Positions 19,432 through 29,199 are shown, counted from the stretch's first letter. The stretch: 64,000 nucleotides of DNA from an uncultured Staphylococcaceae bacterium (GCA_964416025.1 CAYQCJ010000003.1:7603-71602), one strand, 5' to 3'. Numbers and translations: made by a program. The notes: generated from the sequence alone by a model not told the origin.

Positions 19432-20739
19432 CTAATTTACATTGCCTTTCGCAATGAATTCATCAACTAAAGCAATTTTTGACCCACCAAAATTTGTGAA
19501 TTCAAATCCCATATAACTATAAATCCCGTTGACATTCATAAATACTTTAAAAGTTACTTTACTTAATTTATCGTCGTCATTTAATTCATAATTAAAACCA
19601 CTACCAATTAATTGAACGGTATAAGAAGAATCGAAAGCATTAGCTATACCAAAGTTATTATACATGTTATAGGAAAGAAGATAATCGTCAGTAAAATAAA
19701 CGTTGTCAGTTTCGTTATAATCATAATATTCAAAATAATTAAATAAATCTAAATTTGATGGATAATTCATAAACCATACTATGTCTGTACTAGTTGTATC
19801 AGCAGCTGTGTGTCCTAAATATGGAAAAACAGCTCCTTCCCTAATCCGATACATATAAATGCCATTTGTAACTTTTTTAGATTCATAAGTTTTATCAACT
19901 AAAGATACATATCCCTTGTTATAATACATGGCATTTGTTGGTTCTAAAGTTGCGTCATAACCCAAATAATAATATTGATCAGTAAAAGTTTCGGTACCTA
20001 CTAATGTTGTTCCAGCATTATCGTAAATATTTCTAGTAAAATTATTTCCTGAAAAAAGTGTTTTGACTTTCTTGAATTCATCGCTAGGAACATATTCTTT
20101 TCCACCTTTATCAACAAAAGTTTTTACTTTTTTTGACGAAGTAGTTCCAACATCTTTAACATCTAAAGCAATATATTTTGCTTCGACATTTTCTTCGGTT
20201 AAATAATTCAATCTAAAAGATAAAAGAGATTCAGCAGGCTCAAATATAGCGACAAGCGTATCAATTTTAAGCAAATTAGTAACATCTGCTCCAACTAAAT
20301 TTAAGAAAGCAATACGATTTGATTTGCTTCTTATCGAAACTTCATTTGTTGAATCAACCTCTGTTAAATCAAAAGATTCAAATGTAGTAAAAAGGCTTGA
20401 ATCATAGATGTTTTCAACTACTTTACTATCTTTATCAACCAACAATTCTCCACTACGAATTTGATTGGATGAATCAACAGTAATTCCATAAACACCATCT
20501 GACCCTTTAATATAGCCATTTGAATAAAGTTCATTCAAATAACTATTTTCTTCAAAATAAATATTTCCTTTGTCACCATAAAAAGTATCTTTTACTTCTA
20601 ATGTAAAATTCTTTTGTTTAGCTAATTGTGTCATTGCAGTAATGACGTTTGTTGGTTTATATTCGACTACAACAGTTGTATTACAACTTGTAAGTCCTAA
20701 AACCATAATTCCTGATAATAAAAATAAACTTTTTCTCAT
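19432..20739 (-). CDS. lipoprotein of an uncharacterised family (tandem paralog A)
   Basis: Lipobox (VLGLTSCNTT). Colinear similarity to 17935..19425, e.g. VITAMTQLAKQKNF vs LTAAINKFVKANRY, and DVKDVGTTSSKKVKTFVDKGGKEYVPSDEFKKVKTLFSGNNF vs VTNVDGGDDLVDAKTFIEDGTAPKAYPDKLLKAKELSQKNNY. Confidence 0.7.
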   Translation of the reverse strand: MRKSLFLLSGIMVLGLTSCNTTVVVEYKPTNVITAMTQLAKQKNFTLEVKDTFYGDKGNIYFEENSYLNELYSNGYIKGSDGVYGITVDSSNQIRSGELLVDKDSKVVENIYDSSLFTTFESFDLTEVDSTNEVSIRSKSNRIAFLNLVGADVTNLLKIDTLVAIFEPAESLLSFRLNYLTEENVEAKYIALDVKDVGTTSSKKVKTFVDKGGKEYVPSDEFKKVKTLFSGNNFTRNIYDNAGTTLVGTETFTDQYYYLGYDATLEPTNAMYYNKGYVSLVDKTYESKKVTNGIYMYRIREGAVFPYLGHTAADTTSTDIVWFMNYPSNLDLFNYFEYYDYNETDNVYFTDDYLLSYNMYNNFGIANAFDSSYTVQLIGSGFNYELNDDDKLSKVTFKVFMNVNGIYSYMGFEFTNFGGSKIALVDEFIAKGNVN

Positions 20740-20800
20740 AAAAAACTCCTAAATCAATGCTCTTATATTGTAAAGTATTTATAATATTTGTAAACAAATA

Positions 20801-22513
20801 TTAGAAATCTATCTTAAGTTTGGCTTCGGTTTCAGTAATGTCAATTACTTCAACACTAAAATCTACGATGTTATCTGCACTTTCGCCCATTAAATATTTA
20901 TTCAATTTAGATGAATTAGAAGGCATCAATTCTTTATAAACGCTATCATTATTCAAACTAAATTTTTCGCCTTTAAAGAAAAGCGCTTCATCACTTTTTT
21001 TATACCAATTTTCTAATGGATTTGAATTGGCCGAACCATAATTTTTATTCATGATATTAGCAAAATAAAGGGGATTGGCCAAAAATTTTGGATTATTTGA
21101 AGGTGTATTAGTTAAATAATTCTTATTAATTTTGTTTGTGTCATCACTAGAAATTGTCTTTCTACTTTCTGATATATACGCGCCTCTATTATCAGCATGA
21201 GTAATTCTGATTCCAGGTTTTGAATAGCCTTGAATATCAGACACTCCATGAAATACATTTAAATAGTCTTTTTCATTTAAATTAGTAGGAGTAATAAATT
21301 CTATTGTGAAATATTCATCAAATGCAAAATCTATAAAATTTTTACTACCAACTAAAATAAATGACCCATCGTTTTCAAATGGTTTTAATGTGATGGTTTT
21401 GCTTTCTCTTACCACCGTTGGTTTTACCCAACCTAATGCATATTTTGATAATGCATTATGATCGCCAATATTATAATCCATCATATCAACATCACCCATT
21501 GGTGAACAATCATAATTGTATGAATAATAGTCCAATAATCCTAGCAAATGTCCTGTCTCATGGATAAATGTATGAGCATCAACACCACTTGTTCCGTATC
21601 CATAATCCATAAAATCATAAGTAATATTACTGAAATTACACACTTTAGGATCTAAGATATTTGCAAGTTGATAGTTTGGGATATTCCGATATGTAAAAGC
21701 CCAATACATAGAAGCAAATCTACTATCATAAGAGTTTTTTGTGTAATTAGGAGCACTAGAAATAACCCAAATTGCATCAATTAAGCCATCTTTATCATTA
21801 TCAAACTTAGTAGCATCATCGTTATAAGTTGTTTTGTAATAATCTAAGCAACTATTAGTAATGTAATTAATTCCGATATCATTTTGTGATTTATCGTTTT
21901 CTAAATAGATATCCATTGGTGACATCTTGGTATCAAACCAATCAGTTACTGTAAAGTTTAAATTTAACTTTCCGTAACTACTTTTTTTATAAAAACTACT
22001 AACTGATTCATAGTTGGTATTTGTAGAATCCCCTGTAAAGGTCCTCTTAATTCTTTCTAAATTGCTTTCTGTTGCATTTTTTTCAAAGCCTTTAACTTTG
22101 TAAGGAACAACCAAAATATTTAAGTCTCCTGTAGTTTGTAAAGTAGGCAAAGAAGCATTTTTTCCAAGATCATAATATGTAAAATCTTCCTTTTTAATAT
22201 TGCGATCTTCTTTAGATAAAACACTAATATTAATATCGGTTGATTTTTGATTTTTTTCATCAGTTATTGTAAAAACATAATTTCCTTTATCATTTAAAAC
22301 AGAACCATCAGGAAACTCTTCATGGTCTAGCTCAATTTTTAAATTGTCGCTACCATTTTTAATATCAAAATCATCTAAGCGAAAGAAATCCCCTACATGA
22401 TATGTTTTATCAGTTTTTGGAGTAATAATTAAATTATTGTTTGCACACGAAATAAAAGAAATGCTCATTGGCACTAAAAGCAAAATCCCCAGTAAATACC
22501 TCTTCTTTTTCAT
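20801..22513 (-). CDS. secreted zinc metalloprotease lipoprotein, M6 (immune inhibitor A)-like
   Basis: Lipobox (SFISCANN). HExxH in AHTFIHETGHLLGLLDYY, with the surrounding context resembling the M6 metalloprotease domain as I recall it. Confidence 0.7.
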   Translation of the reverse strand: MKKKRYLLGILLLVPMSISFISCANNNLIITPKTDKTYHVGDFFRLDDFDIKNGSDNLKIELDHEEFPDGSVLNDKGNYVFTITDEKNQKSTDINISVLSKEDRNIKKEDFTYYDLGKNASLPTLQTTGDLNILVVPYKVKGFEKNATESNLERIKRTFTGDSTNTNYESVSSFYKKSSYGKLNLNFTVTDWFDTKMSPMDIYLENDKSQNDIGINYITNSCLDYYKTTYNDDATKFDNDKDGLIDAIWVISSAPNYTKNSYDSRFASMYWAFTYRNIPNYQLANILDPKVCNFSNITYDFMDYGYGTSGVDAHTFIHETGHLLGLLDYYSYNYDCSPMGDVDMMDYNIGDHNALSKYALGWVKPTVVRESKTITLKPFENDGSFILVGSKNFIDFAFDEYFTIEFITPTNLNEKDYLNVFHGVSDIQGYSKPGIRITHADNRGAYISESRKTISSDDTNKINKNYLTNTPSNNPKFLANPLYFANIMNKNYGSANSNPLENWYKKSDEALFFKGEKFSLNNDSVYKELMPSNSSKLNKYLMGESADNIVDFSVEVIDITETEAKLKIDF

Positions 22514-22583
22514 ATTTTATATTATATCATAATAGTTAAAATTCCTAAAACATTATGAAGCCTTTAACTTTCTTTAATCATCT

Positions 22584-22608
22584 AAAAAACGCACCCTTTT
22601 AGGTGCGT
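22584..22608 (-). terminator. rho-independent terminator at the end of the opp operon
   Basis: In minus sense, ACGCACC-TAAAAG-GGTGCGT is followed by T6. Confidence 0.75.
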
Positions 22609-22615
22609 TATTTTT

Positions 22616-22645
22616 AAAATCCTATGCCAATCCCTATTATTTTTT
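22616..22645 (-). repeat. 29-nt operon-end motif, copy A (overlaps the oppF stop)
   Basis: Plus strand AAAATCCTATGCCAATCCCTATTATTTTT, about 26/29 to the consensus AAAATCCCTTGCCAATCCCCATTATTTTT. Confidence 0.7.
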
Positions 22646-24052
22646 CTTATTTTCCGAATCCAATTTCTTAATTTGCTCTTTATATTTAGCAATTTCAACA
22701 CTATTAGCAAGAATAAAATGGCCTGGAAGAATTTCAACAAATTTTGGCTTTTCTTTACTATAATCATGAACTTCTTGTGGATTATAAGTAATTCTCGTTC
22801 TTGTTTTTTCAAGTTCTGGATCAGGTTGAGGAATAGCACTCAACAAAGAGTTTGTATAAGGGTGAAGTGGGTGTTTGAACAACTCTTCACTGCTGGCTTC
22901 TTCAACAACTTCGCCGAAATACATAACAGCAATACGATCGCAGAAATATTTAACAATACTTAAATCGTGAGCAATGAAAATCATTGATAAACCCATTTCA
23001 TTTCTCAAATCTTCAAGCAAATTAATAATTTGAGCTCTAACAGAAACATCAAGTGCACTAACTGGTTCATCACAAATTAAGAATTTTGGGTTCATGATAA
23101 GCGCTCTAGCAATGCCAATTCTTTGACGTTGTCCACCACTAAATTCATGTGGATATCTATTTGCATAATCTTCGATTAAACCAACCTTTTCCAAGGCTTT
23201 TACAACCTTTTCATGGTTTTGTTTTTTATTGTGAAACCCTTGAATTTGAAGGCCTTCACTAATAATTGATTCAACAGTCATACGTGGATCAAGAGAATCA
23301 ATTGGGTCTTGGAAAATCATTTGAATTTCACTCATTAGCTTCTTATTTACATGCTTATCATCGTATTTAATTTGCTTGATTTTACTCTTTTGAATCTTCA
23401 AAACATTGTTAAAGTGAGTTTTGGCTTGATCAACTTCACTCTTATACTCATCTAAACTAATCTTCTTAGAAGATAATTCTTTCTTTAAAGATTTTACTTT
23501 TTTAGCATATCTAATCTTACTAAATTTAATTTCTTTTTCGTTCCATCTACTACCGGCAGCAATTCTAACACCTTTATAATATATAGAACCACTTGTGATA
23601 TTGTATAAACGAATTATCGATCTACCTGTGGTAGTTTTACCACATCCGGACTCACCAACAATACCAAAAACTTCTCCTTCGTGGACTTGAAAATTAACAT
23701 CATGAACAGCTTTTAATTTAAATTTATTGTGGCCTTTTCCAAAGAAGAAATATTGCTTTAAGTGATTAACACTTAAAATAACCTTTTTATCGACATATTC
23801 TTGCTTATACTTAACTTTTTTGTTGATGATTTCTTTAATATTTTTAGCTTCTTTAATTAAGTCCTCATCGCTACTTAAGTTATGTTCTGCGTCCTCATCA
23901 TAATTATAAGGACTAGTTGAATCAACTTCCTTTTGGAACTTTTTAGCATTAGTTTCATCGACATTATCATCTTTTATACTTTGGAGATTACTTTCATCAA
24001 AAAGCTCTTTATCAAGTGAATCAGTTTCTTTATTCTTTACTTGCTTTTTCAT
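22637..24052 (-). CDS. oppF: oligopeptide ABC transporter ATP-binding protein OppF, with an N-terminal acidic extension and a K-rich insert
   Basis: Walker A GESGCGKTT, Q-loop MIFQDP, signature FSGGQRQRIGIARAL, Walker B LICDEPVSALD, and the oligopeptide C-terminal motif HPLHPYTNSLLSAIP. Confidence 0.85.
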   Translation of the reverse strand: MKKQVKNKETDSLDKELFDESNLQSIKDDNVDETNAKKFQKEVDSTSPYNYDEDAEHNLSSDEDLIKEAKNIKEIINKKVKYKQEYVDKKVILSVNHLKQYFFFGKGHNKFKLKAVHDVNFQVHEGEVFGIVGESGCGKTTTGRSIIRLYNITSGSIYYKGVRIAAGSRWNEKEIKFSKIRYAKKVKSLKKELSSKKISLDEYKSEVDQAKTHFNNVLKIQKSKIKQIKYDDKHVNKKLMSEIQMIFQDPIDSLDPRMTVESIISEGLQIQGFHNKKQNHEKVVKALEKVGLIEDYANRYPHEFSGGQRQRIGIARALIMNPKFLICDEPVSALDVSVRAQIINLLEDLRNEMGLSMIFIAHDLSIVKYFCDRIAVMYFGEVVEEASSEELFKHPLHPYTNSLLSAIPQPDPELEKTRTRITYNPQEVHDYSKEKPKFVEILPGHFILANSVEIAKYKEQIKKLDSENKKK

Positions 24053-26069
24053 TTTTTGCTATCTCCTCTTGTTTCTTTTTGCTTGATTCAATTCTCTTAC
24101 GCACAATTGCTGGAACCTCCACTTTTGGAGCTCCTGGATATAGTAACCATGTTGCAGCATAGTGAGTATCAGAAACCTTAAAGAAAGGTGGCTGTGCTTT
24201 AAAATCTATCGCTAAAGCATATTTATTTCTTAAAGCAAACGCATCTCCCTTAGGTGGATAAACCATATCTGGAGGTGTTCCAGGAATTGATTCAAGTTTT
24301 TCTTTAATATTAATATCAGGAATTGATGATAATAATGCCCATGTATATGGATGTTTTGGATCATAAAATATTTCATTAACTTTTCCGTATTCAACAATCT
24401 TACCAGCATACATAACAGCGACTCTATCAGCCATATTAGCAACAACACCTAAATCATGTGTAATAAAAATACATGATAAATGTCTTTCCCTCTTTAATTT
24501 ATTAATTAATTCGAGGATTTGCGCTTGAATTGTAACATCAAGAGCAGTTGTTGGCTCATCACAAATCAAAATATCTGGATCAGCAGTCAAAGCAATAGCA
24601 ATAACTATTCTTTGCCTCATACCGCCACTAAACTCAAATGGATATTGCTTGTATCTTCTTTCAGGAAGAGGAATACCGACTTCTTTCATTACCTTTAAAG
24701 CCTTCTTTTTAGCTTCTGCTTTAGTAATTTTAGTTTTATTAATTAATTCCTCATCGATATCACTAATTTTTTTATTAATACCCGCTTTTTCTTTTAATAA
24801 AGCTTCATAGTCGTCATGCTTAATACTGACAGGTACAAATCTCTTGGAAGAATCAATCTTTGAAAGATTGTTTTCTTGGAATTTACCTTGCATTTTAGCT
24901 TGTTTTTTAAGTCCGGCTTCATTTTTGCTAATGATGGAATCAATGCGATTACGTTCTTCTTCACTTAAAGAATTTCTTAATGTTTGAATTTTTTCTTCAA
25001 CTTGAGCCAACAATGCTTTTTGCTCAGCAACTTTTTCATCATGTTCTTTTTTGATTTTTGCTTTATATTCAGCCACGTCTTGATGAGCATATTTTTTTCT
25101 TAAAGATAAAATCTCTTTTAAAACTGGTTCTTGAAACTTTAAATTTGCTTTCATTAAAAGTTGTTTTTCTTTTAAATATTCATCAACTTTAGCAAGCCCA
25201 TCAAATCTATCAGTTGTGTAATCAAATTCTTTATATTTATTTAACAAATCAATTTCTTTTTGAATGCAAGTATTCTTATTGTTTCTCTTTTGAATACGTA
25301 ATTCACTACTAACGTTGTCCTTAACTTCGGTTTTGCCTAATACATCAATACGTTCATTATTATGTTTAATCAAACCATTTAAATAATCAATATCGGTAGC
25401 AAAACTACGAACAAACGTTGCTAAATACGAATCAATTTCAGCAGTAACACGATCAAACTTATCAAGAATCTTATTTTTTTCTTCTATTTTTAATTTAGGA
25501 TTCTTTAATTTCTTTTTACATGTTTTATAGTTCTTGATTGATCTAGCATTTAAAGAAACTTCTGTTTTAATTTTCTTAGCTTCATAAGTTGAGTTAGCCT
25601 TTACATTTCTTAAAGCAGTTAAATCACTCATTATTAAATCCGAATATCTCTTCTTTAAAATATTAGAGTTGATTAACATGGCTTCAGTAATTTGTTTACC
25701 AACTTTCATAATTGGATTTAAAGCACTTAAAGGATCTTGGAAAATCATTCCAATTTTATTGCCTCTAATTCTATGGAAATCATCTTCAGAAATACGAACT
25801 AAATCTTCGCCTTCATACATAATTTGTCCATTAGCAATAATTGCATTTCCGGGTAAAATACCCATAATAGCTTTATTTGTAACGGATTTACCACTACCAG
25901 ATTCACCAACAATACACAACGTTTCTCCTTTATATAAATCAAAAGAAACACCACGAACCGCGTGAACCATACCTGAATCAGATCTAAAATTAACTTCAAG
26001 GCTTTTAACACTTAAAATTTTTTCGGCGTTTGAATAATCAAATTTTTCTATTTTTTTAACTTTTTCCAT
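24030..26069 (-). CDS. oppD: oligopeptide ABC transporter ATP-binding protein OppD, with a ~310-aa coiled-coil insert
   Basis: GESGSGKS, MIFQDPLSALNP, FSGGMRQRIVIAIAL, LICDEPTTALD, HPYTWALLSSIP. The K/E-rich insert lies between the Q-loop region and the signature motif. Confidence 0.85.
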   Translation of the reverse strand: MEKVKKIEKFDYSNAEKILSVKSLEVNFRSDSGMVHAVRGVSFDLYKGETLCIVGESGSGKSVTNKAIMGILPGNAIIANGQIMYEGEDLVRISEDDFHRIRGNKIGMIFQDPLSALNPIMKVGKQITEAMLINSNILKKRYSDLIMSDLTALRNVKANSTYEAKKIKTEVSLNARSIKNYKTCKKKLKNPKLKIEEKNKILDKFDRVTAEIDSYLATFVRSFATDIDYLNGLIKHNNERIDVLGKTEVKDNVSSELRIQKRNNKNTCIQKEIDLLNKYKEFDYTTDRFDGLAKVDEYLKEKQLLMKANLKFQEPVLKEILSLRKKYAHQDVAEYKAKIKKEHDEKVAEQKALLAQVEEKIQTLRNSLSEEERNRIDSIISKNEAGLKKQAKMQGKFQENNLSKIDSSKRFVPVSIKHDDYEALLKEKAGINKKISDIDEELINKTKITKAEAKKKALKVMKEVGIPLPERRYKQYPFEFSGGMRQRIVIAIALTADPDILICDEPTTALDVTIQAQILELINKLKRERHLSCIFITHDLGVVANMADRVAVMYAGKIVEYGKVNEIFYDPKHPYTWALLSSIPDINIKEKLESIPGTPPDMVYPPKGDAFALRNKYALAIDFKAQPPFFKVSDTHYAATWLLYPGAPKVEVPAIVRKRIESSKKKQEEIAKNEKASKE

Positions 26070-26071
26070 AA

Positions 26072-28027
26072 TTATTCACTCCCCTTCAACGATGGATTAA
26101 ACGCATCACGTAAGCCATTGCCGAATAAATTAAAGCTTATCATCATCAAAGCCATAATAACTGATGGTATCAAAATTAAATATGAATTAGATGAAATATA
26201 TTGTTGATTGTCGCTCAAAATAACACCGAAAGAATCAATTCCTTGAATACCTAAATTCAAATAAGCTAAGGTTGATTCAGTGTAAATAACACTAGTAACC
26301 ATAAAGACTGAGCTAGTAACTAATGTACCTAAAGAGTTAGGCAGAATATGTTTGAAAATCAAACGAACATCGCTAGCGCCTAGCGTTCTACTTGCAAGAA
26401 CATATTCTCGTCCTTTAAATCGATAGAATTGAGCCCTGGTTGTTGAAGCAGTCCCCATCCATCCAGTTAAACAAAGCGCAATACCAAAAGTTAAGATGTT
26501 TTGGCCTAAATAAAGAATACATAAGGTCATAACAACAATCCAAGGTACACGTCCTAAGATATCAGTAAAACGCTCCATTCCAATATCGACCCATCCACCG
26601 AAATATCCAGAGATTGAACCCCAAATAAGTCCGAAACAAAGGTTAATTACAGAAGTAACAATACCAAGTAATAAAGAGGTTCTTAATCCATTAAAGATTA
26701 ATTTAGCCATATCTTTACCGATATCACTAGTTCCAAAAATGTATTTAGGCATTGTTTTATACCCTAAATATTTATAGAAAGTGACATTAGCAACAACTGA
26801 ATAGGTTGTAACGACACCGGTTGCAACTTTTTGTTCAGTAACTTCTAAAATTGGGCAATCATCACTCAACGATTCAAAACTGGTTATACCAGTAACAAAA
26901 TCATATTTACAGTATCCTTTTTTTATATAATCGTTGATTTCGGCTTTGCTTAAAGTAACTGCTTTAGTTCCAAAAGCAGCTTCATATGAATCGTATCTAA
27001 AATGGCAATATTTTATATCAGCATTGTATAAGAAACGGTTTCCATTACTTCTCCAATATCCGATATTATCGGCCTTTGTTGTTGCATCAACTTTAGTAAT
27101 TAATAATAAAGCGTTAGAATCACTAAACGATCTACCACTTAAAGCATCAGCTTCGCTAGTATTATTACTAGCAATAGCGACATTATTTATTAATACTTGT
27201 TGAGAACTGTCGTAAGAAGGATACAAATTAAAGCCAACAGTCGCATTATAAGCATCACTCAAAGCAGGATACTCTGCTTTAATTTTTTCCGTAACATTAA
27301 TTGTGGTTTCTCCATAATTAGTATTGAAATCATTAAAATAAACATATTTATAATCAGTTGAATCTTTTGAATCGGTAAATTTAATATAAGTGCGGTATTT
27401 ACCATTTTGATATTCATCGTTTGTGTCCGTATTATTGGTTGTGTAGGTGAAAGTATAATCATTACTTAAATCATAATCATATTTATAACTTTCAAAATAA
27501 ACGATTTTACTATCAAGAGCAATATCCGTTGATAACACTTTATCAACATTAAATCTTAAGTCTCCACCAAAAGCATATTTGTTGCTGTTATTAGTTTTGG
27601 AATCAAAAGTAACTAATTCCGAAACAGCACTTTTTACGTATCCAGCTGGAGTTTCGTTAGTTTGATCATAAGTAACATTTGAAGAATAATATTTAGTTCC
27701 GTCCCACCAACCAGTTCCGGAATTAAATAATTTTGGTTCAAGGAATGTCTCATTTAAATGAGCAACTGAAATATCACTTGAATCAATTAAAGGAACAAGG
27801 AAGGCTAATAAAACAATGACACCAATAATAACTCCACCAACAACTGACGATCTATTTTTAACAAATCTCTTCATAGCATCTTTAAAGAATGTAGTAGGTT
27901 TAGATTGGAATTTTTGATCGTGAATTTTCTCGTTCTTATTAACTTCTTCAAAATCTTCAGGAGTAATGTCGATAGCATGTTCTTTATTACTGCTATCTAA
28001 ATAAATGAATTTTTCTTCTTTTTTCAT
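26072..28027 (-). CDS. oppC: oligopeptide ABC transporter permease OppC, with a ~350-aa extracytoplasmic insert after TM1
   Basis: The C-terminal 220 aa is a typical OppC/DppC permease core (ASRTLGASDVRLIFKHILPNSLG). A long N/T/Y-rich hydrophilic segment lies between TM1 and that core. Confidence 0.8.
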   Translation of the reverse strand: MKKEEKFIYLDSSNKEHAIDITPEDFEEVNKNEKIHDQKFQSKPTTFFKDAMKRFVKNRSSVVGGVIIGVIVLLAFLVPLIDSSDISVAHLNETFLEPKLFNSGTGWWDGTKYYSSNVTYDQTNETPAGYVKSAVSELVTFDSKTNNSNKYAFGGDLRFNVDKVLSTDIALDSKIVYFESYKYDYDLSNDYTFTYTTNNTDTNDEYQNGKYRTYIKFTDSKDSTDYKYVYFNDFNTNYGETTINVTEKIKAEYPALSDAYNATVGFNLYPSYDSSQQVLINNVAIASNNTSEADALSGRSFSDSNALLLITKVDATTKADNIGYWRSNGNRFLYNADIKYCHFRYDSYEAAFGTKAVTLSKAEINDYIKKGYCKYDFVTGITSFESLSDDCPILEVTEQKVATGVVTTYSVVANVTFYKYLGYKTMPKYIFGTSDIGKDMAKLIFNGLRTSLLLGIVTSVINLCFGLIWGSISGYFGGWVDIGMERFTDILGRVPWIVVMTLCILYLGQNILTFGIALCLTGWMGTASTTRAQFYRFKGREYVLASRTLGASDVRLIFKHILPNSLGTLVTSSVFMVTSVIYTESTLAYLNLGIQGIDSFGVILSDNQQYISSNSYLILIPSVIMALMMISFNLFGNGLRDAFNPSLKGSE

Positions 28028-28028
28028 A

Positions 28029-29078
28029 TTATTTCTTTGCCCCCATTCTTATACGTGGGTCAACAAAACCATAAGATAAGTCAACCAATAAACTAGCAAA
28101 CAAGCCAATCATCGTAACTAAGGCCATATCCACCATTAAAACGTTATAATCTGTTGTTTTTCCAGGATCACCTAAAGCTTGAATATATAATCTTCCAATA
28201 CCCGGAATTCCGTATAATTGTTCAAGAATCATCGATCCGCTTAATGCTCCAATAATTTCACCAATCAGCATTGGAAAAATTGGTACGAGCGAATTTCTTA
28301 AAGCATGACGAACAATTGTTTGACCTCTTGTTAAACCTTTAGTTCTAGCAAGAAGGAGAAATTCGCTCGACATAACTTCACATAATTCAGCACGAACCCA
28401 ACGAGCATAAGCACAAATTGTACCCATCGAAAGTGCAAAAACCGGAATAACAAAACCGGCTGCCCTTACACCAGCACTATCCAGCACTGATGGCCATTGC
28501 GATGGTAACCAATGCAAATTATAAGCAAAAATCATAATCAAGAAAGTAATAGAAATAAATGAAGGGATCGAAATAAAAATCATAATAATTGTTGAAATAA
28601 TGCCATCAGTGACGGTATTTTTCTTCAAAGCAGCCCAGATTCCTAATCCAAAACCAATTGGAACAGCAATTGCGCTAGTAAGTAAATTAATCTCAATAGT
28701 AACAGGTAATCTTTCTAAAATAATAACCATCGCACTTTGATTGACAGAAACGTTTGTCGATGTTCCCCAATCCCATTTAGTAAAAATGTTTGCAAGCCAC
28801 GAAAAATATTGGCTCATAACAGGTTTATTATAAATATAATGTGCAAGACCACTTGTATCAACCCAATTATAAAGCGAATTACCTAAACCAGTTTGAGCCG
28901 TACTAAAATCGAGCATGTAGCCGTTTCCAACTTGTTTAATATAAAATGCTTGTACAACACTAGGAAAACCAGCTGGAGTTCCTGGTGGTAATAATTTTAT
29001 TAAAATAAACGTCAGCGAAAGAATGACAAAAGCTGTAAAAAATATTAATACAACTCTTTGCAAAATATATTTCCGCAT
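28029..29078 (-). CDS. oppB: oligopeptide ABC transporter permease OppB
   Basis: Six-TM permease with LLARTKGLTRGQTIVRHALRNSLVP, the OppB/DppB EAA loop. Confidence 0.85.
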   Translation of the reverse strand: MRKYILQRVVLIFFTAFVILSLTFILIKLLPPGTPAGFPSVVQAFYIKQVGNGYMLDFSTAQTGLGNSLYNWVDTSGLAHYIYNKPVMSQYFSWLANIFTKWDWGTSTNVSVNQSAMVIILERLPVTIEINLLTSAIAVPIGFGLGIWAALKKNTVTDGIISTIIMIFISIPSFISITFLIMIFAYNLHWLPSQWPSVLDSAGVRAAGFVIPVFALSMGTICAYARWVRAELCEVMSSEFLLLARTKGLTRGQTIVRHALRNSLVPIFPMLIGEIIGALSGSMILEQLYGIPGIGRLYIQALGDPGKTTDYNVLMVDMALVTMIGLFASLLVDLSYGFVDPRIRMGAKK

Positions 29079-29111
29079 TATATAACCCCCTAAATTATCT
29101 AATACTTAATG

Positions 29112-29157
29112 ACTTGTATTTACTTAATTTTCCGTGAAAAACTAAATAAATACAAGT
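29112..29157 (-). promoter_or_regulatory. long imperfect stem-loop in the oppA-oppB intercistronic region
   Basis: ACTTGTATTTA...TAAATACAAGT (11 bp) plus an inner TTAATTTT/AAAACTAA pairing. No U-run follows. Confidence 0.4.
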
Positions 29158-29171
29158 TATTTTAGACACAT

Positions 29172-29199
29172 AAAGCTTGACGCATGAACGCCAAGCTTT
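29172..29199 (-). promoter_or_regulatory. stem-loop 19 nt 3' of the oppA stop
   Basis: AAAGCTTG-N12-CAAGCTTT. No clear U-run follows. Confidence 0.4.

Noticed and set aside
22582-22963. ORFs 22582..22839 (-) and 22673..22963 (+) at the oppF 3' end
   Set aside because: They overlap oppF out of frame or antisense. The first would also run through the terminator hairpin and the operon-end motif.
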